A stretch of DNA of 32,000 bases from Zygophlyctis sp. KS116 (taxonomy: Eukaryota > Fungi > Chytridiomycota). The notes under the pieces are model-generated. The model was not told where the DNA came from and ran no database searches. It saw only the letters and a list, made by a program, of their open reading frames with translations. Location: positions 54,185-86,184 of the forward strand of contig BAAFSQ010000012.1 in assembly GCA_054661495.1 (NCBI GenBank), given 5' to 3'. Of the stretch, positions 10,656 to 21,519 are shown piece after piece; the first letter of the stretch is position 1, and every line of letters starts with the position of its first letter. Both the position numbers and the translations under genes were made by a program.

Positions 10656-11418
10656 TTAAATGATTCTCCATGCATAAAAGTTTTTTATCCTTTCAGGAAG
10701 CGCCCTATTTCTATATCTCTTTAAAGTCTCCATTGCATTAGCTAATTGAGCATTTGAAAATCTCTCGAGAAAATAGTCTACAGAGTCCCAATTTTGATGT
10801 GCTGCTAATAAACGAATTACTTGATAGTCATCTTCAGTCGGATCTGTTGTATAAAAGAAATGAAATTGAATCATGTATGAGTAGAGCTCGTCTGAACCTC
10901 GCATTCGTGCAACTTTCACGATCTCATCATAATACCTCTTGACTCTAGAATCATGCAGTAAAATATCAATCATTTTCCAATCATGCCTATCAGCTGAATC
11001 AAAAATAATACCAAAGTTTTTCACATTTGGATCAACTCCCTTTTTATGATCTAGAGATAATAAGAATTTTACGAAATCATAATCCACATTGTAAACAGCT
11101 TTTCGCAAACAAAAGTTAACATCTACTGATGAATCAGTATTCAAGTTCAAAGACTTGATTATAGCATTGTGATCTCCATTCATGCATGCAATTTTCAGAG
11201 AATTTTCCTGATCTAAAGCATTAGCGCCCTCTATTCTAGACTCTTTTTTAGGAGCTTTGATCAACCGATTAGATCTAAATCATGATTTTAAATATTGATT
11301 ACATTGCATCTTTCGCCCCTCTATTGATTGCATTGGCTATATCCTTAGAAGGAGCAGCAGAGACCAGGAATGCTAAACAATGATAAAAGAGCAAAACGAC
11401 TGACCAAGAGAAAAACAT
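10656..11418 (-). CDS. Secreted ankyrin-repeat protein
   Basis: Exon 1 MFFSWSVVLLFYHCLAFLVSA-APSKD is signal-peptide-like. A 28-nt intron is followed by ankyrin-like repeats (LKIACMNGDHNAII; CLRKAVYNVDYDFVKFLL...GVDPN; MIDILLHDSRV; DDYQVIRLLAAHQNWDSVDYFL). Confidence 0.72.
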
Positions 11419-11721
11419 GATGGGCCAGAGCCTAAACTCGACCTAGAAGAATGAGCCGTTCATTTCGATACGAATCCAATGATCTGTTTCCAACCGATCC
11501 ATATTATTTTTCTAGATTATAATAATTTTCCAAATCGTTTAATATTACTACTCCTAATTTTCTAAAATTCATTTTTTGATCTAATCAGTTAATAATCCTT
11601 ATAGTGTCCATCTTTGAGTACCGCTTGATAATCTATTTAGGGATTTGACTTATTGACGATACAATTGAATTTCCTAGATTTGAATTATCGTAATTTCTAT
11701 TGAATTTTGCAATTTTGACTC

Positions 11722-12165
11722 ATGAAATCAGACTCTGAATTAGAAGATGGGGAAGAGATTGAAGATGATACTATTAATGATTTGAATGCAGATGATTGGG
11801 ATGATTCAGCATTAATAGAAGCTTGGGATATGGCTAAAAATGAATATTTAAAACATCATGGATTGGAAAGTGAAGATACTAATCCTCTAAAGAGACAAAA
11901 GACTCAAGATCAAACAGTAGAAATTAAAGATTCAGTCAGTAAAACTCAATCGCTGGAAAAACCTGATCAGACAATTCATCAACCAACGATATCCGTTGCT
12001 GATAATAAACAGAAATCTAAAAAACCTGATGAAAGCACCAATGATCATACTAAAGATAAAAACTATAAAGTAGAGGACTCTGATGGACCGATTTCTAGTG
12101 ATCAACTGAATGCACTTATGGCATGGTATTGGGCAGGATATTATACCGCTAAATTGAATAGATAA
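11722..12165 (+). CDS. SMN1: Survival motor neuron protein (fungal type, no Tudor domain)
   Basis: Gemin2-binding motif DDWDDSALIEAWD and YG-box LMAWYWAGYYTA. Confidence 0.92.
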   Translation: MKSDSELEDGEEIEDDTINDLNADDWDDSALIEAWDMAKNEYLKHHGLESEDTNPLKRQKTQDQTVEIKDSVSKTQSLEKPDQTIHQPTISVADNKQKSKKPDESTNDHTKDKNYKVEDSDGPISSDQLNALMAWYWAGYYTAKLNR

Positions 12166-12177
12166 ATAGTAATTCTG

Positions 12178-12412
12178 TTATTTATTTGATGATTCTTTTT
12201 CTTTTGCTGCAGCTTCTTTTGCAGCCTTTTTAGCCAATACTTGAGCGGCATCACTGTTATTAAGTAAAAAATAATTACTATTCTCTTCTCTGCTGTACAG
12301 TCATTCCATCTTCTCTCTTTTTAGTAGAAGATGCTTGTTTTTTAAGACTATGATCAGATCAAACTACTTACTTTTTTTGTCGAGCTAAGTCCCTTTGATT
12401 GCCTCGAGTCAT
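12178..12412 (-). CDS. SERF: Small EDRK-rich factor (SERF/4F5/MOAG-4 family)
   Basis: Spliced through two 24-25 nt introns: [54 protein letters not shown]...; the N-terminal MTRGNQR is diagnostic. Confidence 0.93.
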
Positions 12413-12440
12413 TTTCTGTTAAATTATTCCGTATCACTAA

Positions 12441-13712
12441 ATGCTTACTTCAGACGTTAATAGCTTTATAGAGTAAGTTTTGCTATACTAATCAGAAGAA
12501 CTGATTTTAAGAAAAGACGTCATCGAATACCATCAGTAAGCTCTGATGTGAGTTCTCTCGCGTCATCGATTGGCGCTCATCCAGTCATTGTTAAAGTAAA
12601 GGGAGATGAACTGCATGAAGGTGTCATGTATGAATACTATAAGGGAGAGTTTGATGCATTGCCTGAATTTAGTTCATTGGTTCCGTCTGGAAGGGGAATA
12701 ATTAATGATATTTCTGTAACTCCCACATCAGAACTGATTTCATTTGATACAAATTTATCATCAGCGCCATCAAAAGAGTCTGGGAATTTTGCATTGCGAT
12801 TTACTTGTATGTTAAAAATACCAACTGCTGGAGTATGGACCTTTTATCTTTTATCAAATGATGGATCTGCATTGTACTTGTCAGGAAAGAAAATAGTTTC
12901 TAATGATGGATCACATTATGCAGTTGAAAGAGAAGGGAAATTAAGAATTCGAGAACCAGGACTATATCCATTAACAATATTGTATTTTCATAGAAATGGA
13001 AAGATTTTAGGTATATCAGTTACAATATAAATATTATAGAAGGAGTTAGAACTGGGCCTTGTCTTTCTTTTTCTTTTTACTTTTCAGGAACTGGTTGGTT
13101 GCCGTATCCAGCTGATCATGTTGCTAAACAAGTTGTTCCTGCATCTAGTTATTTTTATGATGTCAATGATGAAAAAACTAGATTATTCTTATCTTCAGTT
13201 TCTGAAGCGGAAGCATGCAATTATGAATTACAAATGTCTTATGAACAGAGTGTAGAAGCTGAATTACAGGATTTATCATCAAAAGTGTATAAAGAGTTTA
13301 CTAAATTTTAGATTCACATTGCAAAAGACACTGCAAGATTTTTATCAGAGATTTGATAAACTGTTTAAAAAAGCCTCGGAACAACCATTAGCAAGAAATT
13401 CACAAAATTCTGCAGAAACTTCTGAGTCTGATTTATCGCTAGAGAATTCATTAGAGTCAAAATTTGCCTCTGTAGAAAGACATTTGGCAGGTATTCAGAA
13501 ATTACAGTGCTCTTATTTCTTTATGCTAGGACTTCAAGTGAAACTGGAAGAAAATGCTTCATCTATTAAAATTCAGGTAATTTTTATTTTTAAAAGTAAA
13601 GGATGCCTATGAACAAGTCCTTAGCCAAAATATTCCTGTCGATGAATGGCCAAAGTTTCTTGTGCAGCTTGCCAGAACCCAAGATTTCTCCGAACAAAGA
13701 CGTGATCATTGA
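12441..13712 (+). CDS. PA14-domain protein with a C-terminal coiled-coil/helical region
   Basis: GVMYEYYKG...NFALRFTCMLKIPTAGVWTFYLLSNDGSALYLSGKKIVSNDGSH...GLYPLTILYF matches PA14. Four short introns, the first 23 nt (12473-12495). No signal peptide. Confidence 0.82.
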
Positions 13713-13728
13713 TTATTGCGCGTTTGGT

Positions 13729-14516
13729 ATGATTAGCAATACACATACCAACTCTGGAAATGATAAGATTAATAATTTTATCATGAAAATGATTGGATTT
13801 CCCCCTATATTTGTAATTGAAATTTTGTCCGATAATATCCACAGGGATTTAAACATGTCCAATTTCAGTCCATCTCCTCTCAAAATCAAACTAATTTACT
13901 TATAAAGATTAACGTTAATACTGATGCATGCACAAACTTCCATGACGCAATCATTAGAAACCTGATTAAATGGACCGATCATAAAGACGAAGAAGAAAGC
14001 CTTCAAAATCTCTTAAGAACTGGGGTAATATAGCACTTTAATCGATAGAAGGAACTCAAATTTCTCATTATCGCTAATCCAAAATCATTAAAGCCAAAAG
14101 CTCAGGTAATTTTAAAACAATAATGAGTAGCTCATGGTCAATGACTCGGTTTATTCAATTCGTTTAGAATATATCGATCAAAAGTGGGATACGCTTTTAG
14201 TGGACCATCTAGATATAATTCATGAGATCCTGACTAAATCATTGGCATCTTCAGTAAGCAGTATATACGCCATAGAATATAATCAAATTAAGCAATGCAG
14301 AGATCGGGATGGCTTTAACAATGTTGCCGCCCTTTTAAACATGTTAAACTCGATTTTTTATCGGACAACGGAAATAGATATGTCAAGTAATACTTTTAGA
14401 CTTATGGTATAGTGATGGAGGAGATAAAGCAATTACATTCAATTTATTTTAATCAGATTCATAGACACATGATTGATCCTGCTTCAAAGAATGACGTGGG
14501 ACAGCAGGAGATTTAA
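13729..14516 (+). CDS. Hypothetical protein (about 225 aa, 5 exons)
   Basis: A continuous reading frame is recovered with four GT-AG introns of 24-32 nt (…GFPPIF|GFKHVQ…LRTG|KELKF…KAQ|LMVNDS…DMS|MMEEIK…QEI*). Confidence 0.6.
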
Positions 14517-14555
14517 TTCGCTGAAAAGTTCCTAGAATATAGAATATATTTAAAA

Positions 14556-17500
14556 ATGGATAATGAGCATGCTGTAGCTATAGTCCCTTTTTCTGTTAGA
14601 TTAATAGAAAAACATTATGATTCAATGATTAAAAGCCTAGATCAGTCCAAGACTGAACTCTTGGCAGCGATCAAGTCCAAGCATGCATGCCAGATTTCTA
14701 GTTTGATTACTCCAATTAGCAATGGCTCTAAAGATTCTAATAATTCTAATGATTTGCGAGAAGTTATTGTTAGATTTGTTATATGGGGTCCACTAAACCA
14801 TGTTTCTGCGGCTAGAAGGGAATTACTCCGAAGCAATCTATCAGAGGTAATAGATCTAATAAACTCATTAAAAAGATTCGAAAGACAATTAAAGCTCGAA
14901 AGTCATTATTATTTAATGATATTGGTGAAGTCCGAATGGGTATTAATGATGGGTTAGATAAGATCAGATTAGAGACAAATGCTGATATCAAATGCATTAA
15001 TAATAATGATAATAATCAGACCCTGGATTGCGTAAGTTATGGTCTAGATATTGCATGCTGGGAGACCAATCTAGGATTAGTGACGGCAAAGTGCTTTGGT
15101 TTGTTGGATGCATCAGTAATTTTTCCGATTCGGTTAATTAAAAGGCTGGCTTATATTGCTACAATTTGGAAGTGGAGAGTAGACTAATTCCACTTATCAG
15201 AGATCTTAAAAATAAAGATCTAAAATTTCTCATAGAAAAGACTGAAACCAATATATACATTGGGGATAAATATTTGCGTATGCCCACTGATGAATTTCAT
15301 GATAAAACAAGTATTGTCATTACAGGCAAAAAAAGGGCTGTTGAAAAAGCGATTCAGAGCATCAAGTCGATAATTAATGATAAGGTTGGAATTTTATTAT
15401 TTATAAAATAGAGAATCAGTATTCGAAAAGAAGAAGTAGCATTTTTACCTGCCAAAATTTCTTGGATCTATAAAAACTTTCATAAAGAAGTCATAAAGAT
15501 TATGATCGATAATGCAGTATATATCGACCCTCCAAATTCTGGTGATTCTAAATTGGTTTTTTACGGGCATATTCCCGCACATCTTCGCAAAGCGATTAGA
15601 CAAATAAACAAATTGGTAATTTAAAAAGAAAGAAAGCTTACTGGTAGATGACGAAGCTGTCACAAGTAAAGATATTGTTAAATGCTCCAATCAACTTTGG
15701 CTTGGCGGGTGTTCAAGCAGGAGCTTTAGATAAATACCCCGATTCATCTTATATCAAGCTTTTAACTCAGATATCAAATGATTCTCAAGTTGATATAATA
15801 TATTTTAGGTCTTTCATTGAAGTTTGGGGGCTTCAGTCCAACATCAAGGGGGCATACAAGAAGCTCAGCGGGCTAGATTGGATAAAGAGCAAATCCAAAG
15901 AGATTATTTTCCAGTTTGAACTTGGCGAAGCAGACAGAGAGTTCATCAAGGGGAAAAGAGATGGGAAACTTACCAAAATTACCAACTGTACTCACTGCAG
16001 CTGGCACATGCATGAATCGCATAACGGATATAATTTCTTAATGGACTTGAAGGATCATCCAAATCAAAATCCTTTAATAACGTTTGGATTATTTGAAGTA
16101 TCTAGTATTTCCTTCATTAATATCTAGGATGAGCTTCCAGCAGAGCTCTCATTTTTTGTACCAGAATCTCTTCACAAAAAAATAATAGGTGTAAGAGGGG
16201 CGAATATTCAGGAAATTATGAAGAAATATGGAGTTCGGGTATATTTTTCATATAACTCATTCAATAGGTCACTTTTAAAAATACTAATGAGCGTCACGAG
16301 CTAGGTGGATTTGATGAGAATGAACATAATACAACCGTATTAACACCGGCAAAAAATGCTCACAATCTGAAGGAGTTTGAGCTTCATATTATTGATAAAA
16401 TTAATAGCGAAGATCAACCTCCCGTTCTACGGTCAGTTGAAATTATAAGAGAGCTACACAGACCCCTATTGTCTACTTATAAATCTGCTTTGCAGGAATT
16501 GAAAGTGAAGAATGGAATAGAAATTGTTTTTCCAGAAAAAGAAGATGGATCTGAAGAAGTAGAACTTATTGCCCCTTCAGAAGAAGCAGCTAGTGAAGGG
16601 GAAAAGGATCTTATAGTATGTTTTCTATGGTCACTTATATTTTAGCACATCATCCCAGGAATAAAAGAGTTCGATATCCCTTACTCCAGTCCTGCAGCAA
16701 CACTATTCCAATCTGATTCATTTTTATTGACCATTAAAAAAATTGAATCTACATATGGTGTGTCTATTGACATTTATTGCCCAACAAAGACGAAAGAGAG
16801 CGCTCGAGTAACGGTGGTCTATCGACATGCAGATGTAAAAGTCTACGAAGAAGTAAAGAATCTGATCATCGAAACACTTAAAGCAGAGAATGTAAGTTTT
16901 AATCATTATTCATTTAAAGATCCCATTAGCAGTTGTAAACGCTCCCGAAAAACCAACGATCCAAATCACCAATAGCGAGACGTTAGCACCAATCAATTGG
17001 GACGTTTTCGGCGCATTTGTGCAGCAAATAAGTAGGACATAATTTAATCTAAATTAAGGTCCGAGACCATATGGAAACAATAGTAGACTTGAAGGCTTCT
17101 TTCAGGTATATATGAATTTAAATTAAACACAGAATAATCTCTCTCGCCAGAATAAATCAATGCCAGAATTACATTTAGCGACGGAAGACCCAGCACCATT
17201 TTTGTCCAAAATGAAGAAATCAGAATCAGAGCTAAGTCCCATAAGCCCTGATGTCTACTTTGATCCAGCAAGCCCTGAAGTATCTCCATCTAACGCATGG
17301 AGAGTAAATGGCTCTTTTGGATTACTAAGGGAAACTGTATGATATTTTAAAACTCATTGTCTAGAACAAGATCTCTTTTCCAAAGATAAATCGCCTGTCT
17401 GCAAATCTAGGTAACCTTAAAAACACTTATAGCCAGACTTTTTGGAAGATGATGAAGAGGAGGACAAGCAAGAAATTGTAGATTCAGTTATAGATGAATT

Positions 17501-17876
17501 GTATCATCTTCATATTGAAAATCCATTATCTACTCAATGTAAGTTTGAATCAAGAATTTAGCAAATAGTGATTTATATTTTCTTGGATAACTTAAAGTTG
17601 GCAAAACTAATGGATACTTTTACTAATGCGAATTACCCCTTTTATAAAATTCTTGCTCTTAATTACAAGGAGCTCAGTAATTTGGGAGTAGATTCAGCCA
17701 GTGACCGCGAAAAGATTCGAAGAGCAGCACAACAATGCCTAACTCGACATGATTTTGACTTGGAACTCCAAGGAAACAAAGCTTCAAGCTCAAGATTCTT
17801 TAGAGAGGCAAATACCAGCAAGAATGTTCCTAATATCGACAAAAACCAAAAGACTTTATCACATCCAAGCCCTTAG
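14556..17876 (+). CDS. Multi-KH RNA-binding protein with a C-terminal SAM domain (Bicaudal-C / fungal Mug60-YLL032C-like)
   Basis: KH signatures EFIKGKRDGKLTKI and ELPAELSFFVPESLHKKIIGVRGANIQEIMKKYGV. SAM-like C-terminus FLDNLKLAKLMDTF...LALNYKELSNLGVDSASDREKIRRA. About 13 short introns. Confidence 0.82.
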
Positions 17877-17917
17877 AGACCACATATATCCCCCTTTGCC
17901 AACAATAAATATCTCTT

Positions 17918-18955
17918 TTAATCCTTATCTAATCTCCAAACAGAAACTTGACCAAATTTATCCAACTCTTCATCTTGTCTCCTTTGTCCAGAAGTTGAAG
18001 TTAAAAATGGTAGAAAAGGATGAAAGGCAACCGAAGAACAAATATCATTATAGATTTGTTCAGTAAACACTTTTTCGCTAGTTTTTAAATCAAAAACTGA
18101 AAAATCTCCATTTACATCTCCTGTTCCTAATAAATTCCCAGATGAATCTAAACTAAATTTCAACCTTTGATTTGTAAGTCCATTTCTAGGAAATCTGAAC
18201 AATACCTGCCCTGTATTCCTTAAATCCCAAACTAAAATTTCTCTTGATTTCCTACAACTTGTAATCATTAATTTCCCATCTTTACTAAATTCAATCTGAG
18301 AAACTCCATTTTCTAGATATTTTAAATCTAATAAAGAAAAATCTCTTTCATCATAAATCCCAATTTCTCCAGAAAAAGTCCCAACAGCAAAAATCCCTGA
18401 ATAATCTGGATTAAATTTAATACATGATATTATCCCTTTAAGCCCATCTTTTGCTCTTTTACTACTAGTAGTTGCAATTTTATCTGAATTTGATCCTGGA
18501 ATTCCAGTATTAAAAACATTAATTCTATTTGTAAATCCACAAAATATTTTAGATCCATCCAAATTAAAAGTAATTGAATTAGCAGCTCTTATAACTTCTA
18601 CATGATCCGGTGCATTATAAGTCCCTCGAAGTTTTCCTGTTATAACATCCCATAATTGTACCGGAGAATCCTTTATTGACGTTAAAAAGCAACATGAATC
18701 ATGATCTTGAGAATTCATAAAAGGATAAAAACAGACATCATAACAGCTTCCTGACAGCCTAAAATTCCTATTAACCGACAACTGATCGTCATCGTTTGTG
18801 ATTGAATCTATCCAATCCGGATTAAAAAAGATCAATTCTAGATTTTCAATGCTATAGTTTACAGAGTTTGATAACATGCATGATCCATCAGGAGACCAAA
18901 TACTACTCTTATAATACTCTTTACCAGTAAGATGACCAATCAGCGACACTGTCAT
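17918..18955 (-). CDS. WRAP53: Telomerase Cajal body protein 1 (WD40)
   Basis: WSPDGSCML, YPFMNS...CCFLTSIKDSPVQLWD...LRGTY, FNLDGSKIFCG and TNQRLKF are family motifs. Intronless. Confidence 0.9.
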   Translation of the reverse strand: MTVSLIGHLTGKEYYKSSIWSPDGSCMLSNSVNYSIENLELIFFNPDWIDSITNDDDQLSVNRNFRLSGSCYDVCFYPFMNSQDHDSCCFLTSIKDSPVQLWDVITGKLRGTYNAPDHVEVIRAANSITFNLDGSKIFCGFTNRINVFNTGIPGSNSDKIATTSSKRAKDGLKGIISCIKFNPDYSGIFAVGTFSGEIGIYDERDFSLLDLKYLENGVSQIEFSKDGKLMITSCRKSREILVWDLRNTGQVLFRFPRNGLTNQRLKFSLDSSGNLLGTGDVNGDFSVFDLKTSEKVFTEQIYNDICSSVAFHPFLPFLTSTSGQRRQDEELDKFGQVSVWRLDKD

Positions 18956-18974
18956 GAGAAAGTTTGATTGAAAA

Positions 18975-19580
18975 ATGAAAAAGGACAATTCAAAGTTTTG
19001 GTGCAAGTTCTGTAGAGTATTCGTCTATGATAACAAGATTTCTAGATCTAATCATGACAAGCAATCCGGTCATAAAGCCAATGTCGATAGATTTATAAGA
19101 GAAATAGAATCTAAAAAGGCACAGGAACTTAAGACTACAAATATGGCAAAACAATTGCTGGGAATTCCAATCACAGAAAGATCAAGTACAGGTAACTCAT
19201 CAGTATATATCCCAACATCAAACGATACTTCATCTGCCAAATCTGAACCAATTGTTAAATTTAAGGAAACGAAAAGTACCGTTGGTCAAGTTGGAGACTG
19301 GGAAACTGTAGATAATATTCCTGAATCGATCATAGAGACTGGCGATCCACTTGATCTTGGTAATGATCAAGGAAATATTCACCAGATTGATCTTGATAAA
19401 GATGGAATGGATGTAAATGGAAAACAAGATGTCAAGGATAAAATATTACAGCTTACTAGATCAGTTCTATCTACTAATGATTCTATGGATTCTCTAAATA
19501 CAAAATCTGCTGCTGTAGAATCAAAGGGAGGATTTACAATCAAGAAGAGAGTGTTCAAGGGGAAACTTAAAAAATCTTAA
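18975..19580 (+). CDS. U1-type (matrin) zinc-finger protein, WBP4/FBP21-like
   Basis: KFWCKFCRVFVYDNKISRSNHDKQSGHKANVDRFIREI, a GDWETV motif and a C-terminal basic FTIKKR segment. Confidence 0.78.
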   Translation: MKKDNSKFWCKFCRVFVYDNKISRSNHDKQSGHKANVDRFIREIESKKAQELKTTNMAKQLLGIPITERSSTGNSSVYIPTSNDTSSAKSEPIVKFKETKSTVGQVGDWETVDNIPESIIETGDPLDLGNDQGNIHQIDLDKDGMDVNGKQDVKDKILQLTRSVLSTNDSMDSLNTKSAAVESKGGFTIKKRVFKGKLKKS

Positions 19581-19583
19581 GTT

Positions 19584-19790
19584 ATGGACAAGTGTGATTA
19601 TGAACCTCTTTCTGCATGCTTAACGACTAATAATGGTAATCTAATCTTGATAATGATTATAGGTGATCGCAGTAAATGCTTAAAGGAATGGAATGAATTT
19701 ACTCTGAAATGTTCTAGTAAAAATCTACATTTAAAGGATTCCGATTACATTAAAAGAGATGAACAGCCATTAATGCTATATCATTATTAA
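19584..19790 (+). CDS. Small twin-cysteine (CHCH-like) mitochondrial intermembrane-space protein
   Basis: After removing the 27-nt intron 19636-19662: MDKCDYEPLSACLTTNNGDRSKCLKEWNEFTLKC. Confidence 0.7.
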   Translation: MDKCDYEPLSACLTTNNGNLILIMIIGDRSKCLKEWNEFTLKCSSKNLHLKDSDYIKRDEQPLMLYHY

Positions 19791-19810
19791 ATATTTGATT
19801 TTTTTGAGTA

Positions 19811-20279
19811 ATGATTGAAATTGCGAGATCAGTCTTAAAATCTATCTCTGCCAAAGGAGGATTTGATGCTCACTTGATATCAAGTGTAAGATTATACTTT
19901 CTAATTAGAGATGACACTGACAAGTTTTACTAAAGGAAATGTTGTTTTTGAATTCAAGGTTGGACAAAATCATTTGAACAGAGGGAATAGTACTCATGGA
20001 GGACTGGTTTGTACATTGGTAGATATAGGAGGAAGTTTAGCAGTTGCAGCAATGACTGGATCATTATATACAGGAGTATCTACTGATATCGGTGTTTCAT
20101 TTTGTAGTTTTAGCAAATTAAATGATATTCTAATTGTAGAATCTACTTGTTTAAAGGCAGGAAAGAATTTGGCATTTACTAAAACAACTCTTAAACTTAA
20201 ACAAGATGGATCTATAATTGCGAGTGGTTCGCATACAAAATATATTGGAAAGGCTCCCGCTCCTAGTAGTAAATTATGA
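19811..20279 (+). CDS. ACOT13: Hotdog-fold acyl-CoA thioesterase (ACOT13/PaaI family) with PTS1
   Basis: HLNRGNSTHGGLVCTLVDIGGSLA...GVSTDI...GKNLAF...GSHTKY; ends in -SKL*. Short first exon containing GGFD. Confidence 0.9.
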
Positions 20280-20298
20280 AAAAAAATAATGCTATTCA

Positions 20299-21421
20299 TT
20301 AAATATCTCTGTCTTCCGATTCAATATCAGAGTCTAAAGTTTCATCTCCCGAATCAGAATCTACAGGTTTTTCATTTTCTTGTTTTTTAGAGGCAGAAAC
20401 GTCAATCTTTGCTTGAACATTTGCTTCTTGAACTGCTCGTCTTTTAGCTTTAAGTGTTTCCCTGGCTTTTCTAGACTTTTCTAATTCTTGAACTTGCTTT
20501 CTTGTTTTAGAAATATAAGAGTGATAAAGAACATCACCAGACACAAGACCAGAAACAATCTTATTAATAGAAAGTGACATTCTAGGACCTAATTCTACCA
20601 ATTTAATAGCTCTTTCTTCTGATTTTGAATTTCCTTTTCCAATATATTTATCTGGAAGAGTTACATTAGACTCTCCTGCATCTTCAACATCTGATTCAGA
20701 TAATAAACTTGCCTTTAATATGTATTCAGAAACATCATCAAATTTGTCCAAATCTTCTAAATTTGCAGATATTAAATTCTTTATAGACTTTGATACTCCA
20801 GTCAACTTTACATTAATACTATAATGTCTAAAGTCAATCGTATTAGTTTCTGAATCAAAATCAAATAATATAACTCTTCTACAATCTGCAAGTTTTATAC
20901 TAGATAATTTGATTGAAGGAAATAGATTTTGTAAAACTGTAGAAACTAGACTAATATGTTTCTCCTCACTATTAAAGTTATTTAGAATCACCTAGATCAT
21001 TATACAAGAGTAATATTACCAATGGTGGTGTTTTAAAATCCGATCCTGGAGATTTTGGATTTTTTTGTAATGCTAAAACATCCTTTGTCATTGAGAAGGA
21101 TTCAACTCTAAAATAGACTGTTGGGCCTCTTGGAAGTCTTCCAATCTTTAAATTAACACAAGACTCTGATTGTGATAGTACAAGCATATGTGTTACCGAC
21201 AATTGACTAGCGATGGCTACAAAATCCTTGAGTTTATTATTTTCCCTTTCCTTTAAATGAGATGCAGTGTTTGGCTCCATGACTCTACGGAGATCAGCGA
21301 CGAGTTGTGCCAATTCAGCAGACACAGATCCAGACTTTATAACAAAAGATTTTGGAGTCTTTTCAATCACTGCAGGATCTGTCTGAACATGAGTTCTTCT
21401 CTTTTTTCTCTTGTGGCCCAT
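20299..21421 (-). CDS. SSF1: Brix-domain ribosome biogenesis factor Ssf1/Peter Pan
   Basis: LVADLRRVMEPNTASHLKER, LPRGPTVYF, IDFRHYSI and AIKLVELGPRM. One intron near 20992-21020. Confidence 0.95.
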
Positions 21422-21519
21422 TTTTCTTTTTTTTCAAGTTGAAAATCTTCTCATTTTCAAGTTTTAGTTAAATTTTAATTCCTTTTTCCGGTATTTTTAA
21501 TACTGTTACAACTTGTAGT

